48,818 nucleotides of DNA from a virus (Duplodnaviria > Caudoviricetes): positions 1 to 48,818 of the IMG/VR virus record IMGVR_UViG_3300020403_000019. One strand, given 5' to 3'. How positions within the stretch are numbered: position 1 is the stretch's first letter; each line of letters opens with the position of its first letter. The notes beneath the pieces were generated by a model. It saw only the letters and a program-made list of their open reading frames with translations. It searched no databases and was not told the DNA's origin. Of the stretch, positions 33,191 through 43,726 are shown piece by piece. Both the position numbers and the translations under genes were made by a program.

Positions 33191-35515
33191 ATGAGCTCTT
33201 TATCTATTTGGGATCAGAAAAATAGATCCTTCATTCGTCGTGGATTTACAGCGGCAAAGTTTACCGCAGAGTTTGAAAGAACAAAGAAATTAAAGATTGT
33301 TAATCACTCCCTGGGAGAGATAGATTTTAACCCTGACGTAGATTTAAACGCGGACAGAAACAACGTAATTGATAGAGATATACAGAAAATAAACAACTCT
33401 GGATTTCTCTATGAAAATATAGGTAACGTATATTTCACAGAAGATAACTCTCAAGATGCCAATGACGACGGAGAGTATACGATTCTAGCCCATGGTGAAC
33501 CGATCCCTGGTGATTTAAACAATGGTCACGAGAATTGTGCTGTAGAAGGAATGACCTGTACTGAGGGTACAAACACCAATTGCAGCCCAGGTAAATGCTT
33601 AATAGGTAAGATAAAAAAAGTTAGTAATTACAAGTGGAAATATACCTCTGCTTCTTCTTTTGGTACTTCTAAAGTAGAGTATTTCATAGGAGGTAGAGAG
33701 TTTCTAGAATTAAAAACAATCATTAGAGGAAAACATACCAATCCTGACGGAACAGAGATTGGAGTAGATAAACCTGCCAGTAAAAACACTATTATATATC
33801 TACCCCCTGCGGGCTATTTGAGTAAAATTTTCTCTGATGACTACGTAAAGTTCTTTAATTTGACATTAGATCTTGATAATAGCGAAACACTCAATGGAGT
33901 AATTACCACTGAAGAAGATTTTATAAGGCAAGTTATTGATATTGGATACAAAGACAGATATAGCTTAAAAATAGGACCTACCTATTCTTCTATTGCAGAT
34001 GGATCATTAGAAAGGAAAGTAATTACGTCTATAGAAGATATAATTTTCTCTCTTCCAAAAGTATGGAAAGACAAAGTAAAGACTTATATGGAAGGAAAGT
34101 GGGATGTAAAGCATACTACCTACGAAACTAACAGGGAATTCATCTCTAGTACTTTTAGATACATGAGGTCTTTATTTAAGAAGACCATACAAGTAACTAG
34201 AAGTGGATTTAAAAAGTCTAGTATTAAGTCCATATCTGATGAGAACGTAAGGCCTATATATTTAAGGCTTCCGTCTGCATCTAATAGCTATAGACCCGAA
34301 GGATACGAAGATATACTCGTAGTAGCCGAAGAGAACGATAGATTTAGGCTACCTATTTCTTCCTTAGAGATAGGAACTATAGTATCAACTCCTGATAGAA
34401 AAATTTCTTATCAGTTCTTACCAAGGATAATTACAGAAGAACCTGAAAGGAGAAGATTGGGAATGTCTCCCATTTACTCTTCAAGAACAAAAGAAGAGCT
34501 TTACTCTCCTAGAGACGATAAATCCTGGTCTAGGATGATAGAAGATCAACTTCCTAAGTCTCCTGTGGCGAAATGGATACTAGCAGGCGCAGATGAGTTC
34601 CTAAGAGAAAAGAAGCATCAGATAGAAGACTTCTACTATATGTATTTGGATCCAACAGAGTGTAGTCCCAAGAACCTCGATTGGCTGGCACAGCACGTGG
34701 GTCTCTCTGCTCCTGTGTGGAACGTTAATTGGGCTGTTGAATATAAGAGAGCACTAATTAGAAACTCATTAGGATGGTTTGATAAAGAGCTAACTCAAAC
34801 AATAGGTACTCAAGAATATAAAACAATAAAGGGAGAGGTTTTAGATCAGCACCCGTTTAATGCGGCGCCTTGGCGCGATAGCGAAACCGTTCCAGAAAAT
34901 AAAATCGATCTTGCAGACGTAGATTTATCAGATATATCCCTACAAGACTATTCAGTGTATAAGAAAGAATGGGATGGTATCGGCGAATCTAAGGGCAGCA
35001 TCCTTACCCTCATATTTTTATTCAGCTTATTTAAAATCAAAGCTCACACGGAAGACGAGATCTCCTCAAGAGGTGGTATATTTAAAGTAAAAGACGGAAT
35101 AAGAAAATATGAAGTCAACGCACCAGTACTCCTTCCTACCAAGTACGATCTTGTTCAAGTAGGAACATCATCTGACTATCAAGTAGGTGCTTTTACAAAT
35201 CAGCTAGTAGCACAACGGACTACAATTACAACTTCAGAAGATGCTAATAATATATTCTTTAGGCTTCCCTTTTACTACAATAGAGATGGTAAGTCGTGGG
35301 ACTTGGTGAAATCAATCGCCGATTATTGGGTACAAGCAAAGCTTAATTCACGAGTACAATATCCTTATCTCGCTGCAAATCTTTGGAGGCAGGGAGATGC
35401 TTTCTTTGAACCTACCAAGTTAGATGAAAGTTTGGAAGATAGTGGTTTGCTCCTTACCGAAGATGGTGAGAACTATATAACTACTGAAGATAATGATCCT
35501 ATAGATACAGATTAA
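33191..35515 (+). CDS. Baseplate wedge / P2 gpI-like tail protein
   Basis: YLDPTECSPKNLDWLAQHVG...W...KRALIR motif; follows the J gene. Confidence 0.75.
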   Translation: MSSLSIWDQKNRSFIRRGFTAAKFTAEFERTKKLKIVNHSLGEIDFNPDVDLNADRNNVIDRDIQKINNSGFLYENIGNVYFTEDNSQDANDDGEYTILAHGEPIPGDLNNGHENCAVEGMTCTEGTNTNCSPGKCLIGKIKKVSNYKWKYTSASSFGTSKVEYFIGGREFLELKTIIRGKHTNPDGTEIGVDKPASKNTIIYLPPAGYLSKIFSDDYVKFFNLTLDLDNSETLNGVITTEEDFIRQVIDIGYKDRYSLKIGPTYSSIADGSLERKVITSIEDIIFSLPKVWKDKVKTYMEGKWDVKHTTYETNREFISSTFRYMRSLFKKTIQVTRSGFKKSSIKSISDENVRPIYLRLPSASNSYRPEGYEDILVVAEENDRFRLPISSLEIGTIVSTPDRKISYQFLPRIITEEPERRRLGMSPIYSSRTKEELYSPRDDKSWSRMIEDQLPKSPVAKWILAGADEFLREKKHQIEDFYYMYLDPTECSPKNLDWLAQHVGLSAPVWNVNWAVEYKRALIRNSLGWFDKELTQTIGTQEYKTIKGEVLDQHPFNAAPWRDSETVPENKIDLADVDLSDISLQDYSVYKKEWDGIGESKGSILTLIFLFSLFKIKAHTEDEISSRGGIFKVKDGIRKYEVNAPVLLPTKYDLVQVGTSSDYQVGAFTNQLVAQRTTITTSEDANNIFFRLPFYYNRDGKSWDLVKSIADYWVQAKLNSRVQYPYLAANLWRQGDAFFEPTKLDESLEDSGLLLTEDGENYITTEDNDPIDTD

Positions 35516-35519
35516 TTAA

Positions 35520-38240
35520 ATGGCTAGTCTTGAACCTAGAAGAATATCAGAACTTGAAGAATTAACTTCTTTAGAGAATAACGATCTAATAGCTGCAGTA
35601 GATTCAGGAGATAATACGGAGTCTGCTTCTGGTACGACAAAAAGAGCCACGTTTTCTAATCTGAAGCAATCTATATTCTTAGATCTAAATATCTCAAATT
35701 GGGATGCTGCGTACGGATGGGGGAACCATGCCGATGCCGGGTACATATCCAACTTTACAGAAACAGATCCTGTTTTTACTGCTTCACCTGCGCATAGCAT
35801 TACAGAGTTAAATAAAACAAATTGGACCACAGCATATAGTTGGGGTAATCATTCTACTGCCGGATATTTAACAAGCTACACAGAAACAGATCCGGTATTC
35901 CAAGCCTCCGCGGCGGCAGGAATTACAGTTGCAAGATACTTAACTTGGGATACAGCATACGGATGGGGAGACCACTCTACAGAGGGATATCTAAAAGACA
36001 TAGCTAATTTCTCTTTTAACGATCTCAACGACTCTCTTATTTCTAATGTCCAAAATGGTCAGTACTTGAAATGGAACGGATCTAGATGGATTAACTTCAC
36101 TCCTAACTTCTTAGAAAACTTTCAAGAAACCGATACGTTACAAACTGTTACCACCCGCGGAGCAACCACAGACGTAGATTGTACTTTTAGTGGTATCACC
36201 ATCACTGGTAATCTTAGTGTAGCCGGAACAACTACACAGAATAACGTCACGACATTAAACGTTAGTAATAATGAGATTGTAATTAACAATGGCCAATCAA
36301 GCGGAGCTTTAAATGCCTTAATTAAAAACGATCGAGGTAGCGACGCAGATGTGGCTATTAGATGGAATGAGGCAAGTGATAGATGGCAATTCACGAATGA
36401 CGGAACAAACTATTTTAACCTTGCTTTCTCTACGAGCGATCTGGTAAACAACTCTGGATTTCTTACTGCAATGGGATCGCTGCAGTCTTTGTCAAATGTT
36501 ACTATACAGAACCCTGCGGCAGAGCAAGGACTTTTATATAACGGAAGTGAGTGGGTAAATACAACATTAGACTTTAACACAAGAGTGTTTATAAGTACTG
36601 GAGCTCCTGCGTCTCCTGTATCTGGAAACTTATGGTGGGATACTGATGACGAAATATTAAAAGTATATTATAACACTGGATCGAATTTACAGTGGGTAAA
36701 CGTTTCTTCAGGAGTAGGTTCTGGTGGAGGGATTTCTTCTTATGCTTCTATTGCTTTCTTCCCCGCTGTTGCAGATAACACTGGCAAGATGGCATTTAAC
36801 GAGGCGAATACCTCGATGTATTATTCTGACGGAGTGTCCTGGACAAATAATAGAGTTGTAACTACCACTAGTACAGAGACTTCTGACTTAGCCACCATAA
36901 TTGGAAACACTCAGTTAACTTATTCTGTGAGTGCTTTAGATTATACAACAGGAAGCACCGCAGACTTTAATGATGCAAGGAAAATTATCAGACTATCTAG
37001 TTCTGCAGGTGTACAAGACGATATTGTCTTAAGAGCGGGCAATGGATTAACAATATCTAAAGACGACGACGAGATTACTTTTAATGTAAACTTCTCTGCT
37101 ATAACATTTGGGCTTTCTGCAGAAGAAGCCACAGGAACTAATGCTAAATTAAGACTAACTGGAAGTGACGGCTCAACAGACGATGTCACTTTTGCAGGTG
37201 CGGACGGCATCAGCGTGGAGAGAACGACCGATAGTGTCATAACCATTAGGTACGCTCCAGCTGCTGGAACTGAATACACTGACGAAGACGCCCAGGATGC
37301 AGCAGCGGCCATGCTTGTCAATGGGTCTCATACTAACATCTCCTTTGTATATAATGATGCTACAAATACAATAGATGCCACTGCTTCAGGAGGCGGAGGA
37401 AATGGCGGAGGAGCCATTTACAGCTTAGACGGTAGTAATACTACAAGTAATAACGCAATCATCACCCTGACTGGCACTGACAGCACAAGTGATGCTATTG
37501 AAATCGCAGGTGGTGGAGGTACTTCTATTAACTGGGATGGCGCAAATAGCAAGATAGAAGTATCTAGCACTGCACCCGTCCAGTCTGACTGGAACGCTTC
37601 GAGTGGGCTAGCGCAGATCTTAAATAAGCCAACAATCCCTCCAGCATATACTTTACCTATTGCAACTGGTTCTGCACTCGGAGGCATTAAGGTTGGTGCT
37701 AACTTAACAATTAATCCTACTACGGGAGTACTTGATGCTAACCCTGGATCATACACTCTTCCAGCGGCTACCTCTTCTACTCTCGGAGGAATTAAAATCG
37801 GTACTGGATTAAGTATTGATAACAACGGAGTAGTAACGGTATCTCAAGGCGGGGGAACTCCTCTACAGACAAGGAGCACTATAACAAAAACTACTTCTTC
37901 TCTATCTCCGCATTCCTTTGAAGAGGTTACGTTTACAAACGGATTTAAAACCTATTCATTGTTTAAATTGACAACATCAGAAGAAGCTTGGGTCAGGATA
38001 TATGTAGATCAGGCTTCTATGCAAGCCGATCGTACCAGGAGCGAAGGTAACGACCCAGGACCCGGTTCAGGTGTAATTGCAGAGGCTCGTGTTAATGGCA
38101 CTCAGTTATTTACTCCGGTGCCGACAGGATTTAATAATGATAATCCCGTATCTAATAATATTTACGCGTCTATTACAAATAGAGGTTCCTCTGCTACAAC
38201 CATAGATGTTACCCTCACATTACTCCGATTAGAGGCTTAG
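35520..38240 (+). CDS. Tail fibre protein
   Basis: 906 aa, Gly/Thr/Ser-rich; WxxAYxWGxH x3, ETDPVF x2, YTLPxATxxxLGGIKxG x2, GNLWWDT. Confidence 0.8.
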   Translation: MASLEPRRISELEELTSLENNDLIAAVDSGDNTESASGTTKRATFSNLKQSIFLDLNISNWDAAYGWGNHADAGYISNFTETDPVFTASPAHSITELNKTNWTTAYSWGNHSTAGYLTSYTETDPVFQASAAAGITVARYLTWDTAYGWGDHSTEGYLKDIANFSFNDLNDSLISNVQNGQYLKWNGSRWINFTPNFLENFQETDTLQTVTTRGATTDVDCTFSGITITGNLSVAGTTTQNNVTTLNVSNNEIVINNGQSSGALNALIKNDRGSDADVAIRWNEASDRWQFTNDGTNYFNLAFSTSDLVNNSGFLTAMGSLQSLSNVTIQNPAAEQGLLYNGSEWVNTTLDFNTRVFISTGAPASPVSGNLWWDTDDEILKVYYNTGSNLQWVNVSSGVGSGGGISSYASIAFFPAVADNTGKMAFNEANTSMYYSDGVSWTNNRVVTTTSTETSDLATIIGNTQLTYSVSALDYTTGSTADFNDARKIIRLSSSAGVQDDIVLRAGNGLTISKDDDEITFNVNFSAITFGLSAEEATGTNAKLRLTGSDGSTDDVTFAGADGISVERTTDSVITIRYAPAAGTEYTDEDAQDAAAAMLVNGSHTNISFVYNDATNTIDATASGGGGNGGGAIYSLDGSNTTSNNAIITLTGTDSTSDAIEIAGGGGTSINWDGANSKIEVSSTAPVQSDWNASSGLAQILNKPTIPPAYTLPIATGSALGGIKVGANLTINPTTGVLDANPGSYTLPAATSSTLGGIKIGTGLSIDNNGVVTVSQGGGTPLQTRSTITKTTSSLSPHSFEEVTFTNGFKTYSLFKLTTSEEAWVRIYVDQASMQADRTRSEGNDPGPGSGVIAEARVNGTQLFTPVPTGFNNDNPVSNNIYASITNRGSSATTIDVTLTLLRLEA
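35700..35995 (+). repeat. Three ~41-aa coding repeats in the tail fibre
   Basis: WDAAYGWGNH / WTTAYSWGNH / WDTAYGWGDH separated by ETDPVFxAS linkers. Confidence 0.75.
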
Positions 38241-38280
38241 TATAGTTGAAAGTAAATAAAATAAGTATTCGCTCATTAAG

Positions 38281-40596
38281 ATGGCAATTGTAAAATCAGT
38301 AGTTGATGTAAATAGTGGAAACTCTGGTTGGGATAGAGCTGATGTAATTAATGCTCTAGAAACAGTTTTTTCAAACTTAGGATGGCATAGCGGAACCGCC
38401 GCCGCTGGTGTACCTTCAAGGGTAGAGAGTCCAACAGGATCGACAAGTGTTGGTAATTCTTCCTGGGCGCAGATTGGTGGCCCCCCGGCTTCAGAGCCAA
38501 GGGGAACAACAAACAAATATTTTAGAATTAGAAATATAAGTAATTCTAGTTATAGAGTGCTAGAGGAGTTTTATACTGGTTGGAGTAATAATAATATTAC
38601 TGAGAATACCATCGAGCTCAACTATTTTCATGATCTCTCTACAGGAGATGCTATCCACTGGGCTCCAGGAGAAACAGATAACTCTCTCAATTTAAATGGC
38701 CTTACTTTAAATACGATATATTATGTAATTGTAGTTGATAACCGGAACATTAAATTAGCAACCTCTACATCAAATGCCTCAAATGGAATAGCCGTTGATC
38801 TTTTGGGATCTACGACAGGCCCTAATTCAGGCTATGCTGGTAATAGTTCTACAGTTTCGTTCTTCAGGACTTTAGATACTAGTGCCAATGATAACGCAAC
38901 AATCACCGCTTTGCAAGGAGATTATCTTACTTTTTACGTAGATGATCAGAGTGGCGGAGACTTATTCCTGCTAGGAAACACAGATAGCTACGACTCAAAT
39001 AAGCTTCTTACGGAAGCTAACATGGGTAGTTTTCAGTATAGAAGTGATCCAAGCGGTAACGGAACATCGACGATTACGTGGTCAACTCAAGCATGGCAGC
39101 AAACAGAGCTTAATAGCGGTCTAGAAACAGTGCATCCTAGCGGACAAAAAAGAGAGACTATTAATAGCGTCTATACAAAATATATGTATGGCAGTGATAC
39201 CCACAGCGCCATGAAGGGCGAGATTGTCTTACTACCCTCTATAAGGGCGTATTCTGCCGTGTATCCTCATTGGAACTATACTGTCCCGGCTTCTGGAAGT
39301 AGATCAGAACTAAAACTTAGAGTGTATAGGCAACCAACTAGATATAGTTATACAGGATCAATTGCGTTTATTGAGCTCTTATCCACAGGATCCGGCTGGA
39401 GTAATCAGCAAGTTTTCACGATACCTGGAGAGTCTATAGGAGGAGTAGCAACTACAAATGATATAGTCTTCGGAGTTAAAAACACGGGAAGTACATCTTC
39501 AGGGGATGGTACTCCTGAGATCTTTGTAACGAATGTAGGTGCTGGGTCTAGTTTTTATCAGAAGCACGATGACGGGGCATTTGGTATATTAAGGACTACA
39601 AATGACTCTAGTAAGACGTATGGAACTAGCTTTTACACTTTTTCCACAGATACAAACGAGATAACTAAGCTCTATATTGATTCTGGTAGTGGATGGGACT
39701 TTTTAAATAAGGGCGGCACTTCCTATGGATCTAGCACCGATGACGGAACCACTAATTACGGATGTTTCACCGGTGTTGACGGAAGTGATAGGCAGGGTTC
39801 TCGTAAGTATATCGCTAGGAACGATAACTCATACACATATATAAACATAGCCTCTTCTGTTTCTCCTACTTCTTACCCGCTAAGTATCAGAGTATATAGG
39901 GCTCAAGCTCCTCAAGACTCTAACTTTGCTATCATACAGTTTACTCAGAATATTAGTGGGGCTGTTATCCCGTTTGGAACATTTACAATACACAAGGGTC
40001 AGCTTTTTGGATCTAATATCTGGGACATGGACCATGTTTATGTAGGTTCCTTTACCACTTATACAACAGACACTAGGTCCGTGTCGTTTAAATATCAGAT
40101 TCCTGGTTACCATAGTTACTACGATGGACCAGCAGAAGAACCCACCACACAATATAGTAAAGCTAGAGATGCTTCGTATGGATATTTAAGGGATGGCGAT
40201 GGTAGTAATATCTATGCCGCAGAAATGGTAACTAAGTTTGAATCTAACATAGATACAAGAAATTCAGAACTCGGATCCGCTAACGTTACGTACTATAGAA
40301 ACTCTACTTACGACGGAGATGTGTCCTCTAGTGCAGATTACTATAAGCCCATAAAGGGAATACCAATCTGTAATAGCTTTATACCGTGTCCATATTATCT
40401 TCCAGATGATTTTGTGCTCTTACAATTCTCTACAGTACCTGGATTAACAGAGTTCAGACCTGGAGACACAGTTACAGTTAGCGCCTCCGAAGTTTACGAA
40501 ATTGTTTTAGCGGGTTATAGTACTTCTCAAAATGGACTAGATCAGATAGCCAATAATAACTCTATTGGCTTGGCGCTCATGGCGAGGACTACCTGA
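38281..40596 (+). CDS. Virion structural protein
   Basis: 771 aa, Ser/Thr/Gly-rich; GLTLNTIYYVIVVD..NIKLATS module seen in cyanophage virion proteins; GTTGAAAG promoter variant at 38245-38252. Confidence 0.6.
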   Translation: MAIVKSVVDVNSGNSGWDRADVINALETVFSNLGWHSGTAAAGVPSRVESPTGSTSVGNSSWAQIGGPPASEPRGTTNKYFRIRNISNSSYRVLEEFYTGWSNNNITENTIELNYFHDLSTGDAIHWAPGETDNSLNLNGLTLNTIYYVIVVDNRNIKLATSTSNASNGIAVDLLGSTTGPNSGYAGNSSTVSFFRTLDTSANDNATITALQGDYLTFYVDDQSGGDLFLLGNTDSYDSNKLLTEANMGSFQYRSDPSGNGTSTITWSTQAWQQTELNSGLETVHPSGQKRETINSVYTKYMYGSDTHSAMKGEIVLLPSIRAYSAVYPHWNYTVPASGSRSELKLRVYRQPTRYSYTGSIAFIELLSTGSGWSNQQVFTIPGESIGGVATTNDIVFGVKNTGSTSSGDGTPEIFVTNVGAGSSFYQKHDDGAFGILRTTNDSSKTYGTSFYTFSTDTNEITKLYIDSGSGWDFLNKGGTSYGSSTDDGTTNYGCFTGVDGSDRQGSRKYIARNDNSYTYINIASSVSPTSYPLSIRVYRAQAPQDSNFAIIQFTQNISGAVIPFGTFTIHKGQLFGSNIWDMDHVYVGSFTTYTTDTRSVSFKYQIPGYHSYYDGPAEEPTTQYSKARDASYGYLRDGDGSNIYAAEMVTKFESNIDTRNSELGSANVTYYRNSTYDGDVSSSADYYKPIKGIPICNSFIPCPYYLPDDFVLLQFSTVPGLTEFRPGDTVTVSASEVYEIVLAGYSTSQNGLDQIANNNSIGLALMARTT

Positions 40597-40856
40597 TGGC
40601 CGCTATAAATTTATCAGAATCTCCTTCAGCAGCAATAGATGGCTATGAGGATCTTAAGAGATTTAAACAAACAACTGCGGCAGGATTTATTACCCCAGTG
40701 TTTTCTGGTGTAGGAAGACCTGTTGCATCTTTCAATTACAACATTTCTGATTTAGAGGTTTCTAGTGCAACTCCTAGAAACTCCTTTAGAGGCTATCTAC
40801 AAGGACGCAGACCGGCGGGAGGACAATTATACCCTAGAGGTGTTTATAATAAGTAA
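40596..40856 (+). CDS. Small hypothetical virion protein
   Basis: 86 aa; translationally coupled on both sides; C-terminal GRRPAGGQLYPRGVYNK. Confidence 0.6.
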   Translation: MAAINLSESPSAAIDGYEDLKRFKQTTAAGFITPVFSGVGRPVASFNYNISDLEVSSATPRNSFRGYLQGRRPAGGQLYPRGVYNK

Positions 40857-43726
40857 TGAAAAATTCTGGAATTATCTCTGCTCTTTTATCTACTCAGAAC
40901 GAGACAGATAGGCTATATAAGAGAATAGGAGGGCTAGATATTGAATTTTTTATCCAGCCTGCAAAAATTGATAGCGTCGATGATCCAGAGAACCTCTCAA
41001 GAGTTAGAGTGTTATTTGACGAAAATAGCACGGATGCAAAATCTGATTGGCTTCCTGTTCTCAATAGTGGCAAAGGCAAAATTAGCGCCCAGTTTCTAGG
41101 ATCTAAATGCCTTGTTGGTACCGTATCTGGTAATGCTGATGAGACCGTAGTCTTAGGATTATACAATGATGCTAACTCGGACTATCTTATAACTGCAGCT
41201 CCAGTTGTCATCCCTACCCTAGACGAGGCAGACATTGCAAATTCTGTAGATCCAGGAGCGAAATGTTCTAGTGATAATGAAGGAAGAGTTTATCTTTTCT
41301 CTGACAACATGTCTCAGGATTTAAAGATATGTATAAGGAGAAACAATAGACAAACAGATCCCTCTGCTGATACTTGGGAGTGGAAGAACTTAACAAGAGG
41401 TCTTGTTATAGAAAAATCTACTGATCCTAAGCAGTTAGAGCAATCAAACGTGCTAGGTAAGCCTAAGCCTCTAGGTAAATGCTCTGAGGACTTAGAAGGG
41501 GAGATGGTTAACTTCTCCGAAGATAGAGACTTCAGACAATTTTTGTTGGTTTGTAGAAAAGATGAGAATAAAGACTGGACCTGGACTCCAGTGTCTACGA
41601 CCCCTACATACTTCAAAACCACTCTTCCTAAGTGCACCGAAAAAATCCATGGACAACAGGCCATCATTGACGATGGTAATAATTCAGAGTTAGGTATCTG
41701 TATCCGTATGGATAGATCTATGAAGTGGGTTAAGTATGGAACAAGGACCGTGATTAAGTTTGCGGATAAACCCGACCCTCTTTCTAAGACCGATTTCCTT
41801 GCAACTGTTTCTCCTAACGCAGGATTGGTTACACAGGCCGCTCAGCTTGCGTCTGCTGCCTCTAATCCTCTAGGAAACTCTGCGTTAACATCCGCGGCAT
41901 TAGACTTTGCTGGTACGGCGGCTGCTGGAATGGGAGGGCCTTTTATCCCAGCCGTTGCTTCTTTAGCTTCAGGTAACCAAGGGTTTGATCTTGCAATGGC
42001 CACTGGTTCCGAGATACTCGGTAAACAAGGTATATCTGTTCCTCAGCTCACAAGCGCCCTAGGAGATGTATCTAATTCTGCAAATCTACTAAGCAAATTA
42101 GGACCTGGTGCCGAAGCTCTACTCAAATCTGGTGAACTAGATCCTGCTAAGATTCTCTCTGCAACAGGATCGGAGTTTCTAACAAGCGGACTCGGTGGAT
42201 TATCATTTGCCGACGCTGGGCAATTTAACTCGTTGCTTGTTGGCGGAGCCGGAGGGGCATTAGATGCGGCAGTTCAGTACGGACTAGATAAGATTACAGG
42301 TCCGGCGGGAGGAATATTTAAAGAAGCCATAGGTGGATTAGATTTAGCCAATGCTCCAGCAGCCATCTCTTCTATATTTGGCGGTGCTGCAGACGGAGGA
42401 CTAGTAAGTGCTGTATCTGGGATCGCTGGGGGTCTTGATTTTGGAGGGATAAATGCTCCGGCTTTGGCAGGGCAGTTATTAGGCGGAGACCTAGGATCTG
42501 TGGCAGGTATCTTCCAAGACTTCTCTAATTTTAGCTCACTTAATTTCTTAGGAGGTGGATTACCGATGAGTGCCTCGTCGCTCCTTGGAGCGGCAGGACT
42601 CGGAGGGCCACTAAGTTTGGCCTTCCCTGGGGCAGGGTTGGGGTTATCTGTAGCTACCTCTCTCCTTGGCGGATCAAATCCGTTATCTTCGATCCTTGGA
42701 GGTGGTGGAGCGTTTGGAGCTTTAGGAGGATTGTTTGGCGGAGGAGGCGGACCTAGTTGCCCTTGCGAACCGGTTTGTAGAAAGGTTTCTCATGGGGTAG
42801 ATAGTGACGGGAACAGACTACTGGATCCTGCGGGTAACCTTACTCTTAAGAACTCTAATGTGTACGGTAAAGACATTTTAAACAATAACAACACTTGCTT
42901 AGCAAAAGCAGAAGGACTTAGCTTTACAGGCATTGGCGGAGAATTGATCCCATCTAACCCACTTGATTTTACAAGTGTAATTAAGTCGATTCCTAGAGTA
43001 GGTGAGATGGCCAATAGCTTTGAGCAGGCCATTAGAGGCGGAGCAGAAGACGACGATTTAAAACTTGAAATGCAGTATACGTTTGAAGCCATTGAGAAAA
43101 CGTTTAAGATGGCCGATAATAATATGAGCATGATGGAATGGATCGAAAAGCTCAATCTTATTGGTACAAGTGACTTTATGAATAACTTGATTGCCGATAA
43201 GGATGGGGGATTGTTAGGTAAAATGAGCGCCGATGACGTAGAACAATCCTTGGCAATCAAAGACTTATACCGCATGATAAAACAGCTTAACTCTGTTAAG
43301 AAGGGAGGATCAGCCAATATCGCTCCTACACCCGCCATCATCGCCACTTTGGCTAACCCTGGTACCATCCCCGCTTATTTTGCTAAATCAAAATCAAGGG
43401 CTCTACTTAACCTAATTAAAAATATAATAGAAGGTATAAACCTATTGGGCTCTCTAGACCCAGAACTAGGCGCTCCGTTCCAAGATCTAAAAACAACAAA
43501 TACTGAGTCTAAAGTCCTAAAAGACTCAATATCTGCTAGAATGAGTACAAGTCAACCAGAAGAAGACAGTCTTAACTACGAATACAAGAACTACGGTCTA
43601 TCGGACTTACCTGGATTTAGATCTCTAACTCCTAACCAACTAGACTCTGGAGATTTTGACACACTACTGGATCAAATAAACAATGAACAAGAAAGAGCTA
43701 GAAATAGAGAGGGAGACTGTAGCTGA
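40856..43726 (+). CDS. Baseplate hub/spike protein (gp5/VgrG/gpV-like OB-fold N-terminus)
   Basis: DDPENLSRVRVLF...SDWLPVL...VVLG OB-fold pattern, followed by Cys repeats and a long Gly/Ala/Leu-rich region. Confidence 0.7.
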   Translation: MKNSGIISALLSTQNETDRLYKRIGGLDIEFFIQPAKIDSVDDPENLSRVRVLFDENSTDAKSDWLPVLNSGKGKISAQFLGSKCLVGTVSGNADETVVLGLYNDANSDYLITAAPVVIPTLDEADIANSVDPGAKCSSDNEGRVYLFSDNMSQDLKICIRRNNRQTDPSADTWEWKNLTRGLVIEKSTDPKQLEQSNVLGKPKPLGKCSEDLEGEMVNFSEDRDFRQFLLVCRKDENKDWTWTPVSTTPTYFKTTLPKCTEKIHGQQAIIDDGNNSELGICIRMDRSMKWVKYGTRTVIKFADKPDPLSKTDFLATVSPNAGLVTQAAQLASAASNPLGNSALTSAALDFAGTAAAGMGGPFIPAVASLASGNQGFDLAMATGSEILGKQGISVPQLTSALGDVSNSANLLSKLGPGAEALLKSGELDPAKILSATGSEFLTSGLGGLSFADAGQFNSLLVGGAGGALDAAVQYGLDKITGPAGGIFKEAIGGLDLANAPAAISSIFGGAADGGLVSAVSGIAGGLDFGGINAPALAGQLLGGDLGSVAGIFQDFSNFSSLNFLGGGLPMSASSLLGAAGLGGPLSLAFPGAGLGLSVATSLLGGSNPLSSILGGGGAFGALGGLFGGGGGPSCPCEPVCRKVSHGVDSDGNRLLDPAGNLTLKNSNVYGKDILNNNNTCLAKAEGLSFTGIGGELIPSNPLDFTSVIKSIPRVGEMANSFEQAIRGGAEDDDLKLEMQYTFEAIEKTFKMADNNMSMMEWIEKLNLIGTSDFMNNLIADKDGGLLGKMSADDVEQSLAIKDLYRMIKQLNSVKKGGSANIAPTPAIIATLANPGTIPAYFAKSKSRALLNLIKNIIEGINLLGSLDPELGAPFQDLKTTNTESKVLKDSISARMSTSQPEEDSLNYEYKNYGLSDLPGFRSLTPNQLDSGDFDTLLDQINNEQERARNREGDCS

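Noticed and set aside
35700-37810. Repeats in the tail fibre as a possible CRISPR array or DGR template/variable repeat pair
   Set aside because: They are degenerate in-frame protein repeats; no constant DNA repeat-spacer pattern, no adenine-specific mismatch pattern noticed, and no reverse transcriptase in the window.
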